This document shows positions 54,745-64,000 of a stretch of DNA of 64,000 bases, one piece after another (the stretch's first letter is position 1; the number at the start of each line of letters is the position of its first letter). The stretch is from Ignavibacteriales bacterium (GTDB lineage: Bacteria > Bacteroidota > Ignavibacteria > UBA10030 > UBA6906), in assembly GCA_037441705.1 (NCBI GenBank), contig JBBIRR010000001.1:288001-352000 (forward strand). Reading direction: 5' to 3'. The notes beneath the pieces are model-generated. The model had not been told where the DNA came from and did not search any database. It saw nothing but the letters and a program-made list of their open reading frames with translations. Position numbers and translations under genes: made by a program.

Positions 54745-55644
54745 ATGTCTGCCTCAGTCATCACACAAACCGCTTCGGACCGATTCACTCCCACCAAACG
54801 GGGAAAGGTCCGCGATCTGTACGACCTCGGGGAAACACTCCTCATTGTCGCCACCGATCGCATTTCAGCGTTCGATGTGATACTCCCCGACGGCATTCCG
54901 CACAAGGGGAAAGTCCTCACGCAGATCTCCGCCTTCTGGTTCAACAAACTGTCGCACATCGTTCCGCATCACATCATTTCTACCGACATCGCGAAATTCC
55001 CCGAACCGTTCCGCTCGGCACCGGAAATTTTTGCAGGACGGAGCATGCTCGTCAAGAAAACTCAACCCATCGAGGTGGAGTGTGTCGTGCGCGGCTATCT
55101 CTCGGGTTCCGGCTGGAACGAATACAAGAAGACGAAATCCGTCTGCGGCATTCCTCTGCGCGACGGTCTACGCGAGTCGGACAAATTGAGCGAGCCTATC
55201 TTCACGCCCACCACGAAGGCTCCTATCGGCACGCACGACGAGAACCTATCGTTTGATGAAGTGGTGAACAAGCTTGGCATCGAGATGGCCACAACGCTTC
55301 GCGATCTGACCATCACGCTCTACCAGCAGGGTGCAGACTATGCGGCAACGAAAGGCATCATCATCGCCGATACGAAATTCGAGTTCGGGCTTGACAACGA
55401 CGGAACGTTAGTGTGGATTGACGAAGCGCTCACGCCGGATTCCTCCCGTTTCTGGCCGATGGACCAGTATGCCCCGGGAGGGCCGCAGCCCAGTTTCGAC
55501 AAACAGTACGTACGAGATTATCTGCTTTCCATCAACTGGAACAAGCAACCTCCTGCCCCTTCGTTGCCTGCACACGTCATCGAAACAACCAGCAAGAAAT
55601 ATGAGGACGCCCTTCGCCTCCTTACAGGCAGAGGCGTGCAATAG
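54745..55644 (+). CDS. purC: SAICAR synthase
   Basis: [43 protein letters not shown]. Confidence 0.97.
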   Translation: MSASVITQTASDRFTPTKRGKVRDLYDLGETLLIVATDRISAFDVILPDGIPHKGKVLTQISAFWFNKLSHIVPHHIISTDIAKFPEPFRSAPEIFAGRSMLVKKTQPIEVECVVRGYLSGSGWNEYKKTKSVCGIPLRDGLRESDKLSEPIFTPTTKAPIGTHDENLSFDEVVNKLGIEMATTLRDLTITLYQQGADYAATKGIIIADTKFEFGLDNDGTLVWIDEALTPDSSRFWPMDQYAPGGPQPSFDKQYVRDYLLSINWNKQPPAPSLPAHVIETTSKKYEDALRLLTGRGVQ

Positions 55645-55647
55645 ACG

Positions 55648-56928
55648 ATGAACGACGTGCGTCGTGCGGATGTGACCGCTTCCCTCAAGCCTGCGATCGA
55701 GATCGGCAATCTCCGCTTCTTCATTCCGCGCGAAACGCTTGCCTCGCTCATTGCGCTGCCGTGGCAGCATCCACTTGAAACATGGGGCGAGCACCGTGTC
55801 GCGCTGCTGGAGGTGAAGAGCGGCCTGTCCCGACACGTCGTGCGCTTCCTCGAGCTGAACGGACGTCGCTTTGCCGTCAAAGAAACCTCCTGGGAAATCG
55901 CTCTGCGTGAGCACGATGCCTATGTCCGACTTCAGGCCATGGGTGTGCGCACGCTGACGCCCGTGGGTGTTGTGGAACGCGATGACGGATCCGGCATCGT
56001 TACCACACACGTCGGCACCCAGCCGTACCGGCGTCGCACCGGTTATCTGATAACGGAATTGATGGGCAACGTTGTGCCCGACGCGTTTCTGTACAAACGC
56101 GGTTTTACGAAGCAGAACCGCCGCCGTATCTGGGACGCCGTGATCAACCTTTTTGTGGAAATGCACAGCAAGGGCGTCTACTGGGGGGATGCTTCCCTCA
56201 GCAACATGCTCATTCACTTCAGCAACGAGGCGGAACCGGAGCTGGGATACCGAACACGCTTGCGCGCGGTGCTTGCCGACGCGGAAACCGTTGAAATCCA
56301 CCCCTCGCTCTCCGCATCGCTCCGACAGGCGGACGTCGAGTTCTTCATTGAATCCATGCTGTGGATGGAAGCGGACCTCAAGGCCAGCGGCATCGTCCGC
56401 GAGCCGGTCATCACCGACGAAGACCAGAAGATGATCATCGAGACCTACAAAGAACGGTATGCGGTACAGCAGGAAATGCAATCCTTCGAGCTGGTCACAA
56501 CGATTGATGTCGACTCTCTGCTCGGCGATTTCGATTCGAAGGGATACGGTGCTATTCTCCTCAAACATATCCATGAGCACAAGTGGTACATGAGCGAACG
56601 CGAGAGGCGTGAAGTACCGCTCGCCGACGCGGCTCAGGATTGGTATCGCGCCGTCTTCAAGCCGGTGTGCCGTTTGTTCAACGAGTACGAGCTTGCGTCC
56701 TTCTTTCCCGACAAAACGGCCGCAAGCCTTTATGTCCAGATTATGGAGCACAAGTATTTCATGAGCGAGCAGGCAAAGAAGGACGTCGGAATTGCAGCGG
56801 CAACGTGGGATTACGTCATCCGCTTCGCGCAGCCAGCACTATCGCACCACACCATCCGCTCGCTGATACGCGAGTTGCGCGCCCTGTTCCGACGGCTGCC
56901 TGCTCCGCTCAGCGCAGTGTACTCCTAA
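55648..56928 (+). CDS. Kinase-like (Kdo/WaaP-like) protein with DUF4032-type C-terminus
   Basis: GLSRHVVRF, AVKE, YWGDASLSN, LADAET; EHKW/YxMSE motif present twice. Confidence 0.8.
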   Translation: MNDVRRADVTASLKPAIEIGNLRFFIPRETLASLIALPWQHPLETWGEHRVALLEVKSGLSRHVVRFLELNGRRFAVKETSWEIALREHDAYVRLQAMGVRTLTPVGVVERDDGSGIVTTHVGTQPYRRRTGYLITELMGNVVPDAFLYKRGFTKQNRRRIWDAVINLFVEMHSKGVYWGDASLSNMLIHFSNEAEPELGYRTRLRAVLADAETVEIHPSLSASLRQADVEFFIESMLWMEADLKASGIVREPVITDEDQKMIIETYKERYAVQQEMQSFELVTTIDVDSLLGDFDSKGYGAILLKHIHEHKWYMSERERREVPLADAAQDWYRAVFKPVCRLFNEYELASFFPDKTAASLYVQIMEHKYFMSEQAKKDVGIAAATWDYVIRFAQPALSHHTIRSLIRELRALFRRLPAPLSAVYS

Positions 56929-57056
56929 CATATGCGCCGCTGCCCGTGTGCACGGTGCCTGTAACAATTTTCATGCATTTCGTACAACAAAACAGCTTTG
57001 GTCTTGCAATCACGCATCCGGACTTCTTTTCACTCTCACATCAAACAGGAGAATCC

Positions 57057-58409
57057 ATGAACATGTACATTGCCCTTTGCGCCTTAACGCCATTCGTCGT
57101 GATGACCGTCGAGGCAGCAACGCCGGAATCACCACCCGCGAAAGTCTTTCCGTACCCGATCCATCACACGATACTGGACAACGGGTTGAAGATCGTATCT
57201 ATCCCTTTCGACAGTCCGGGCATTATCGCCTACTACACGGTGGTGCGTGCAGGCTCTCGTAACGAAATCGAGCCGGGCCTATCGGGCTTCGCGCATTTCT
57301 TCGAGCACATGATGTTCCGGGGCACGGAGAAGTACAGCAAGGACGCCTTCAACGAGGTCTTGAAGTCCATCGGCGCCGATAACAACGCGTACACGAACAA
57401 CGACGCCACCGTCTATCACACGCTTGCAAGCGCGGAGGCACTCGAAACGATCATGGACTTGGAGTCCGACCGCTTCATGAATCTGAAGTACACCGAAGAA
57501 GATTTCAAAACAGAGGCGGGCGCAATTCTGGGCGAGTACAACAAGAACTACTCGAGTCCGTTTCTCTCCATCTTCGAAAAACTCTACGACACCGCGTACG
57601 AAAAGCATACGTACAAGCATACCACGATGGGATTCTTGAAGGACATCATGGACATGCCGAATCAGTACCAGTACAGTCTCACCTTCTTCGACCGATGGTA
57701 TCGGCCCGAATACTGCACGATTGTGGTGGTGGGAGATGTACGGCACGAGAAGCTGGTTGCGCTTGCAAAGAAGTATTATGGGAACTGGAAGCGCGGCAGC
57801 TTCACCCTCGAGGTTCCCGCCGAGCCTCCGCAGACACAGGAGAAGTTTGTAGAGATGAAATGGAAAGCGCGGACACTGCCGATTCTCGCCATCGGCTACC
57901 ACGGACCGGCGTTCAGCGACACACAGATCGATATGCCGGCGATCGACCTTCTTGCCCAGTATCTTTTCTCACAGCAGTCCGAACTCTACGCGCAGCTCGT
58001 GATTCAGCAACAGGCGGTGGAGTTCATTCAAGGAGGTCAGGGCGATGCACGCGATCCGGGGCTGTTTACCATCCTCACGCGCATCAAGGATCCGAAGAAT
58101 ATCGATCACGTCAAGACCGCCATCTACGCCGCAATCGAAAAGGCAAAGGCAACGCCGATTTCAGAGCAGCAGCTCAACAATATCAAGTCGCACATGAAAT
58201 ACAGCTACGCGATGAGTCTGAACAACCCTGATGCGATTGCCAACAGCATTGCCCACTATATTGCGATGACGGGCGATCCGGAAAGCGTCAATCGTGTCTA
58301 CGCACTGTATGATGCTGTCACACCGCAGGACCTGCTGCAGGTTGCCAACAAATACTTCGAGCCCAAGAACCGCACCGTTGTTCTCCTCACGCAGGAAGGA
58401 GCGAACTAA
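57057..58409 (+). CDS. M16 (pitrilysin/insulinase) zinc peptidase, catalytic subunit
   Basis: LDNGLK, GSRNE, HFFEH (HxxEH), NAYT; AGGAG SD; signal peptide. Confidence 0.92.
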   Translation: MNMYIALCALTPFVVMTVEAATPESPPAKVFPYPIHHTILDNGLKIVSIPFDSPGIIAYYTVVRAGSRNEIEPGLSGFAHFFEHMMFRGTEKYSKDAFNEVLKSIGADNNAYTNNDATVYHTLASAEALETIMDLESDRFMNLKYTEEDFKTEAGAILGEYNKNYSSPFLSIFEKLYDTAYEKHTYKHTTMGFLKDIMDMPNQYQYSLTFFDRWYRPEYCTIVVVGDVRHEKLVALAKKYYGNWKRGSFTLEVPAEPPQTQEKFVEMKWKARTLPILAIGYHGPAFSDTQIDMPAIDLLAQYLFSQQSELYAQLVIQQQAVEFIQGGQGDARDPGLFTILTRIKDPKNIDHVKTAIYAAIEKAKATPISEQQLNNIKSHMKYSYAMSLNNPDAIANSIAHYIAMTGDPESVNRVYALYDAVTPQDLLQVANKYFEPKNRTVVLLTQEGAN

Positions 58410-58410
58410 C

Positions 58411-59946
58411 ATGAAATCTCTCATCACGTTGATGGTGCTCATGATGACGGTGATGGCTGTTGCCAAGACGCCCCTGAAGGTGACCGAAATCAGGAGCGAA
58501 CACTCGCCGCTGATCAATTTCCGTATCATTCTGCGCGCAGGCTCGGTCAACGACTGGAAAGGAAAGGAAGGCATCAACGCGCTTACGGCCTACCTGATTG
58601 CCAATGGCGGAACGAATACGCTGACGTACCAGCAAGTGCTTGCCGCATTGTATCCCTGGGCCGCCTCCATTACTGTTCAGCCGGACAAGGAGATCACCAC
58701 ATTCATTGCCAGTGTGCATCGCGATCATCTCGACGCGTTCTACGAACTGTTCTCGAGTTTGCTGCTTCATCCGCGTTTCGATCCCGACGACTTCACACGC
58801 AACAAGGATCTCTTGCTGAACTACCTCGAGAAAAATCTGCGGGGCACGGACGATGAGAACCTCGGGAAGGAAGCATTGAATCTGATGCTGTTCCCCAACC
58901 ATCCGTACGGGACAGCAGGCGCCACCGTCCAGGGTCTCAAATCCATCACGCTCGACGACGTGAAAGCGTACTACACTCGGATGTACACGACCGGGCGTCT
59001 CTGGCTCGGCGTGGCAGGCGGCTATCCGCCCAACCTCATTCCAAAAATGAAGAACGATTTCTCGACGCTGCCCGACGGCGCATTCGAACCGGTTGCACTT
59101 CCCACACCTGAAAAAGCTCAGGCACTCGAGGTCAGCATTGTGCAAAAACCTGCGCGCGCTACCGCCATCTCCTTCGGACACACGCTGCCCCTGACGCGGA
59201 AGGACGACGACTTCTATGCACTGATGGTTGCCAACTCGTATCTGGGCGAACACCGCACGTTCAACGGTGTGTTGATGAACCGTCTGCGCGGTGACCGCGG
59301 TCTGAACTATGGCGACTACTCATACATCGAGCGGTTCACCGGCGGGCTTGGCTCGGGTAACGTCTTCCCGAACGTGAACACGCCGCTGCGCCAGCAGTAC
59401 TTTAGCGTGTGGCTGAGACCCGTCCAGCCGGAAAACGCTCACTTTGCCCTGCGTGCCGCATTGTACGAACTCCAGAAGTTTGTGCAGAACGGACTGAGCG
59501 AGAAGGACTTCGAGCAGACAAGAAAGTTTCTGATCAACTACTCGAAACTCTGGGCGCAGACGCTCGACCGCAGGCTTGGCTATAAGATGGATTCGGAGTT
59601 CTACGGCACCGACTATTTCATCGACCGGATTGATAGAGAACTCCGCACACTCGATGTAGCGCGCGTGAATGCTGCAATCAAGAAGTACATTGATCCGAAG
59701 AACATGAAGGTGGCGATGGTTGCCGAGGATGCGCAGGGACTTCTGGACAGGATTCTCAGGAATGAGCCTTCACCCATCACCTACGCGTCGCCTGTCTCGC
59801 AGCGCATTCTGGACGAAGACAAGATCATCGAGAAGCTTCCCCTGAATGTGAACAGAGAGCGATCGCGCGTTGTGCCTGTTGAGCAGTTGTTTGAAAACGA
59901 GAGTTCAGGAATGACGCTGGAGCCGAAAGAGAAAGGACGGGAATAG
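58411..59946 (+). CDS. M16 peptidase non-catalytic partner subunit
   Basis: No HxxEH; HPYG and RGDRGLNYG (R/Y pair); signal peptide; begins 1 nt after the upstream stop. Confidence 0.88.
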   Translation: MKSLITLMVLMMTVMAVAKTPLKVTEIRSEHSPLINFRIILRAGSVNDWKGKEGINALTAYLIANGGTNTLTYQQVLAALYPWAASITVQPDKEITTFIASVHRDHLDAFYELFSSLLLHPRFDPDDFTRNKDLLLNYLEKNLRGTDDENLGKEALNLMLFPNHPYGTAGATVQGLKSITLDDVKAYYTRMYTTGRLWLGVAGGYPPNLIPKMKNDFSTLPDGAFEPVALPTPEKAQALEVSIVQKPARATAISFGHTLPLTRKDDDFYALMVANSYLGEHRTFNGVLMNRLRGDRGLNYGDYSYIERFTGGLGSGNVFPNVNTPLRQQYFSVWLRPVQPENAHFALRAALYELQKFVQNGLSEKDFEQTRKFLINYSKLWAQTLDRRLGYKMDSEFYGTDYFIDRIDRELRTLDVARVNAAIKKYIDPKNMKVAMVAEDAQGLLDRILRNEPSPITYASPVSQRILDEDKIIEKLPLNVNRERSRVVPVEQLFENESSGMTLEPKEKGRE

Positions 59947-60141
59947 GTACGACGGAACGCGGCGCACGTTCGTACGCGAGCGTGCGCCGATGTTTTCTGA
60001 CGCTTCACTCCACCGGCTGTGCGTCGTGCACACGATTTCTTTTTTCACAGCAAGTTCTTATACTCCCCCGCAGCGCGCGGCTGCTCTCCGTGCTGCCGAA
60101 CTTTCCCGAGAAACATCGTTCATAGTTCATATTTGCGCACA

Positions 60142-60636
60142 ATGAAGAAAACCCTTACGATTCTTGCATTCGTTCTTGGAACGCTGCTTGTCCTCGTGCA
60201 GTTTGTCCGCCCAGAAAAGAACACCTCATCGGCACCGTCGCCGTACGACATTGCCGCGCAGTACGACCTCCCTTCCGACATTCATGCTATGCTGCGTACT
60301 TCCTGCTTCGATTGCCACAGCAACAGTACGCGCTATCCGTGGTACGCCCATATCCAGCCCATCGGCTGGTGGCTGAACAAGCACATCGCCGAAGCAAAAC
60401 GCGAGTTAAACTTTTCCGAATTTGCAAACCGCAGCCCGCGCTGGCAGCTCAGAAAACTTGACGAGATTGCAGAGCAGCTTGAGAAGAACGAGATGCCTCT
60501 TCCCTCCTATCTCCTTGCCCATCCCGAAGCCCGACTTTCCGCCCAGCAGAAGGAACACCTGATTGCCTGGACGCGGGCAATGAAACAGTGCGTCACGGGC
60601 GCAACGCACGACGTAGAACGTCAGCGTCGGGAATAA
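60142..60636 (+). CDS. Monoheme c-type heme-binding domain protein
   Basis: N-terminal TM helix; CFDCH; YPWY, LNFSE, EMP (Met ligand). Confidence 0.88.
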   Translation: MKKTLTILAFVLGTLLVLVQFVRPEKNTSSAPSPYDIAAQYDLPSDIHAMLRTSCFDCHSNSTRYPWYAHIQPIGWWLNKHIAEAKRELNFSEFANRSPRWQLRKLDEIAEQLEKNEMPLPSYLLAHPEARLSAQQKEHLIAWTRAMKQCVTGATHDVERQRRE

Positions 60637-60760
60637 TTCGGTGCGCCCTCTTCATCCTCGCTCGCAGTGTAAGAGGATCATCGTTCTTGTCTGAGCAAAA
60701 TCCTGCTGCCGGCAGACTCCGACAAGGCCGGAGCACCGAACCTTACCGCGTGCACAGTGC

Positions 60761-61048
60761 TTATGCCGCATGAGGGGGTTCGAGCACCTGTTTGTCGTGT
60801 TCGAGTCGAGCGACGCGCTCGCGCAGCTCCTGCAAGCAGCGTTGTTGCGACACCAGCATGGACATGACAATGCTTTCAAACGGGATCGGACGTGCTGCGT
60901 AGGCGCTTCCGGCTAACTGCAAGCGTGCTGCGCGGAATAGTTCGTCCAACGCCTCCTGATCCTCTTTTCGCAACCCGCGTCGATACTTCGACCAGCTTTC
61001 CATTTCCTGCTGGATGACCATGGTGAATGTCGGAACGGTACGTCCCAT
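60761..61048 (-). CDS. Small helical protein resembling the archaeal PolB2-associated arCOG07300 family
   Basis: AAGGAGG SD before ATG 61048; MGRTVPTF...WSKYRRGLRKEDQEALDELF...RPIPFESIVMSML. Confidence 0.7.
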   Translation of the reverse strand: MGRTVPTFTMVIQQEMESWSKYRRGLRKEDQEALDELFRAARLQLAGSAYAARPIPFESIVMSMLVSQQRCLQELRERVARLEHDKQVLEPPHAA

Positions 61049-61059
61049 AGCTTCCTCCT

Positions 61060-61752
61060 TCAACGGTGTGCTGATATTTTGTTTGCCGAACGATGAATCA
61101 TCGGAGCTTCATTGCTCTGCGCGGTTCGCGTCGGCCGTTTCGTCTCGCGCTGGATACACAGCATTGCATCCTGTCGGAAGATGGAAAACACCTCATCCAT
61201 TGCCGAGCATAGCATCGGAAACAGCATCCCTCTCTCCTTCGAGGCAGGACGCATATCAAGGGATGCCAGCAGGATCGAGTAATTGGCGTGCTTCAGCGCG
61301 CGCAATGCGACCAGGATGCGCTGCACACTCGCCCGCACTTCAAACAACGGTGCCTGCTCATCATAGAATGTATCTAACAGCCCAAAGATCATAATGATGG
61401 GCGTGCGTTTCTCTCCGACAAATCGAGGCAGACGCTCGGTGATTGTTGCTTCCATCTGATAACAGGTAAATGCACGCGAAATGAAAATTCGCTCCAACAG
61501 ATCCTCTGGCGTGATGCGCTTGTTCACTGCACGTTGACCGGCGGCCATTCGGCGCGCAACTTCGGCAAGGTAGTACAGATCGAAATGATTCGACCCATCC
61601 ACCAGCGCAACAGGATGCCCCCCGAGCAGCGCATGCGATGCAGCATACAAAGACACGCGAAACACGCTTTGGTCGCCATGCAGACAAAACAGCTTCCCGG
61701 CCGGGGGCGACCTGAACTGCTGCAACAACGCCGTGTACGGTATCGGTGTCAT
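61060..61752 (-). CDS. Inactive RecA/RadA-fold protein
   Basis: VALVDGSNHFDLY and LLERIFISRAFTCYQ match the Rad51/RadA core; the Walker A position reads LHGDQSVF, with no GKT. Confidence 0.7.
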   Translation of the reverse strand: MTPIPYTALLQQFRSPPAGKLFCLHGDQSVFRVSLYAASHALLGGHPVALVDGSNHFDLYYLAEVARRMAAGQRAVNKRITPEDLLERIFISRAFTCYQMEATITERLPRFVGEKRTPIIMIFGLLDTFYDEQAPLFEVRASVQRILVALRALKHANYSILLASLDMRPASKERGMLFPMLCSAMDEVFSIFRQDAMLCIQRETKRPTRTAQSNEAPMIHRSANKISAHR

Positions 61753-61802
61753 GGATTAACGTTTAGGACATGGGCTACTGCTGATGGGGGGTGGCTGGAA
61801 AT

Positions 61803-61855
61803 ATGATACGACATTTATGTCGTCCAGTCAAGTACGGAGACGACATATTTGTCTT
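61803..61855 (-). promoter_or_regulatory. Promoter with two palindromic operators
   Basis: Minus-strand TTGACT-N17-TATCAT; ACGACATTTATGTCGT (61808-61823) in the spacer and ACGACATATTTGTCTT (61840-61855) upstream of -35. Confidence 0.75.
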
Positions 61856-61937
61856 TCCTCTGCGAAGCGAGGTGGGGGCACGAATCGGCATCAGCAGGGT
61901 TTAGTCTTCTGCTTGAAGCCTCGCCTGTAAGATGAAG

Positions 61938-62837
61938 TCAGTAAATCCGTTCGCGTTTGTGGAGATACTCCGTGAGGGCAACGTCGAAAGGGGTCGCGGT
62001 ATCCATCAAGACATAATCCACATAATTCTCGCGACACTCGCGTTTGTAGCGTTCCAGGAACGCCTGAAACTCGCGCTGATACGCTTTCTGAATATGCCAC
62101 GGCTGCGTCATGAGCTGCTCGCCCGTTTCCATGTCCTTGAACATCGCATCACTCCCGAAAGCAAAACTCCGCTCAAGCGGATCGAGCACGTGCATGACAA
62201 TGACTTCGTTCTTCTTGTGCCGAAAGTGTTTCAGCGCCGCAATCACGTCATCGGGTGAATCGAACAGATCGCTGATAACGATAACAAGTCCGCGCCGTTT
62301 GATGCGGTCGGCAACCTGATGCAGCGATTTGCCCGCGCCGGTACGATTGCTTGCCTGCACATGATGCAGCGCGACAAGAATCTGGCGCAGGTACGCTTTC
62401 GTTGCATGCGGCGGAAGATACGTCGTCACCTGCTCATCGAACACCGCCAGCCCAACGGCGTCCTGCTGCTTGATCATCATGTACGAAAGCGAAGCAGCAA
62501 GATACGCCGCGTACTCCACCTTCCTGATGTTGCCCGTCGAAGCGTATGCCATGGATCTGCTCGCATCAAGCACGATGTACGCCTTGAGATTGGTCTCCTC
62601 TTCATACTGCTTGATGTAGTACCGATCCGTCTTGCCGTAGATTTTCCAATCAATATGTTTGATTTCATCGCCGGGCATGTACTGCCGGTGTTCGGCAAAT
62701 TCTACGCTGAAGCCGTGATAGGGACTTTTGTGGAGGCCGGTGATGAATCCTTCTACCACAAGGCGTGCGCGCAGCTCCATGTTGGCAAGCTTTGCGACGA
62801 CACCGGGCTGGAGATATTGACGATACTCTTGCGCCAC
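61938..62837 (-). CDS. DUF58 (vWA-like, MoxR-associated) protein
   Basis: GLHKSPYHGFSVEFAEHRQYMPGD, IDWK, DASRSM, ISD. Confidence 0.93.
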   Translation of the reverse strand: MAQEYRQYLQPGVVAKLANMELRARLVVEGFITGLHKSPYHGFSVEFAEHRQYMPGDEIKHIDWKIYGKTDRYYIKQYEEETNLKAYIVLDASRSMAYASTGNIRKVEYAAYLAASLSYMMIKQQDAVGLAVFDEQVTTYLPPHATKAYLRQILVALHHVQASNRTGAGKSLHQVADRIKRRGLVIVISDLFDSPDDVIAALKHFRHKKNEVIVMHVLDPLERSFAFGSDAMFKDMETGEQLMTQPWHIQKAYQREFQAFLERYKRECRENYVDYVLMDTATPFDVALTEYLHKRERIY

Positions 62838-63364
62838 TACTTCTTCTTCGGCGATCGTGTGGCTTGTACAGCGACCTGAGATTTTTCTTGCTGCTGGATC
62901 GGGAGAAGTTCTTCTGGTTTCTTACCGAGGTTGTCCAGCTCAAACTTTGCGGAGGACGCCATTTCATGGTTGGGGTACCGGGCCAGGAACTGTTCGTACA
63001 GCGCCTTTGCATTGTCCAGGTCATGCAGTTCGTTATGGTACAAATAGGCGCTGAGGAAGAGTGCAATCGGCGCCTGCTTCCCATCAGGATAGGCCTCAAG
63101 ATACCGTTTGTAGGATGCGATGGCGCGAGCATAATCCTTCTGTTCTTCCGCTTGAATCCGTGCTATTGTCATCATTGCCTCTCCAGCTTGCGGAGAACCG
63201 GGATACTCGGCGATCAGCTTCTCGTACTCTTCGATGGCAACGTTGAAATTTTTTTCGTTGATGGCAACAGTCGCCTTGCCGAGGTACTCTTCGGGAGAGG
63301 GTTTGCTGCATCCGACAAGCAACGCGACGGAGCACACCACCAGAGGATGGAACAGATACTTCAT
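62837..63364 (-). CDS. TPR-repeat lipoprotein (BamD/CpoB-like)
   Basis: Lipobox LVGC; three repeats of Yxx(L/F)xxYP. Confidence 0.8.
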   Translation of the reverse strand: MKYLFHPLVVCSVALLVGCSKPSPEEYLGKATVAINEKNFNVAIEEYEKLIAEYPGSPQAGEAMMTIARIQAEEQKDYARAIASYKRYLEAYPDGKQAPIALFLSAYLYHNELHDLDNAKALYEQFLARYPNHEMASSAKFELDNLGKKPEELLPIQQQEKSQVAVQATRSPKKK

Positions 63365-63463
63365 ATCTCTATTACTCCTAATGAAACACGGCTTCAAATT
63401 AGAGAAATAGGGAGCGAGAAGCAACGCGAGCTGACGTGTCTTCGGCTCTCTTCGCGTCGGATC

Positions 63464-64000
63464 TCACGATGCACTCCGCACCATCACCGCCGCGAAAAAA
63501 CCATCAGTCGTCGTTCGATGAGGAAGGAGGTAGAGATAGGGCGAGGAAGCGTCTGTCGTCGTGATGTACTGCCGAATGATTGCCGGCGCCGAAAGCAGCG
63601 TGAAGTCGGGGTGGAGATGAAGGAACTCTTCCACTCTCTCTTCATTCTCTTTGCGCAGCAGCGTGCAGGTCGAATACACAAGCCGGCCACCCGGACGGAC
63701 GAGCGGCGCGTAGGCCTCGAGCACGCGCCGCTGCATCTGTGCCATCCGCTCGATGGTCGCTTCGGAAACGCGGAGCTTCGCACCCGGGTTCCGGCGAAAG
63801 GTGCCAACCCCCGAGCACGGCGCGTCAACCAAAACAACGTCGGCTGCGCCGACACATTGAGGGATGAGCGCGGCATCCTGCCTGGCATGAAAAAGCTGGA
63901 CAATGGTTGTTCCGGAGCGCGCCAGACGCGGCCGAATGTTGTCCAGCCGGGTTGCGTCAACATCAACGGCATAAATCGTTCCCCGGTTATCCATCAGCGC
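63464..64000 (-). CDS. RsmB/NOP family RNA m5C methyltransferase (5' end outside window)
   Basis: VLVDAPCSG, LVYSTCT, ENE, DGFF. Confidence 0.9.
   Translation of the reverse strand, partial: ALMDNRGTIYAVDVDATRLDNIRPRLARSGTTIVQLFHARQDAALIPQCVGAADVVLVDAPCSGVGTFRRNPGAKLRVSEATIERMAQMQRRVLEAYAPLVRPGGRLVYSTCTLLRKENEERVEEFLHLHPDFTLLSAPAIIRQYITTTDASSPYLYLLPHRTTTDGFFAAVMVRSAS

Noticed and set aside
59330-59400. Gly-rich insertion in the non-catalytic M16 subunit as an equivalent of the alpha-MPP glycine-rich loop
   Set aside because: It lies after the R/Y motif rather than before it as in alpha-MPP, and the sequence differs

Overview
Gene-dense chromosomal window, probably from an Ignavibacteria-like member of the Bacteroidota/Chlorobiota group. 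This is an inference from two proteins with YPNPFNP T9SS C-terminal sorting domains together with TTGACA-N16/17-TATATT promoters and strong Shine-Dalgarno sites. Most of the content is housekeeping: pstSCAB-phoU, CIRCE-controlled groESL, a TetR-controlled ABC/TolC exporter, mgtE, csp plus a DEAD-box helicase, aceA-aceB with a divergent RamB/PrpR-like regulator, clpC, addB, aat, purC and an M16 peptidase pair. I found no rRNA, tRNA, CRISPR array, transposase or prophage. Most interesting: (1) a two-gene cassette resembling the accessory genes of archaeal PolB2 operons (inactive RadA-like fold plus a small MGRTVP protein), behind a promoter with two ACGACA-N4-TGTCGT palindromes; (2) a three-gene envelope module of an atypical kinase-like lipoprotein, a metallophosphatase lipoprotein and a POTRA-less Omp85 barrel; (3) an EF-P homolog with Gln in place of the modifiable Lys/Arg, convergent with a DksA/TraR-zinc-finger PP2C fusion, the pair bracketed by palindromic repeats; (4) a TonB receptor plus T9SS cargo protein sharing Pho-box-like repeats with the pst operon; (5) a sigma54 activator with a pseudo-receiver domain and a probable CTG start. 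All family assignments come from reading motifs by eye; no database searches were run.
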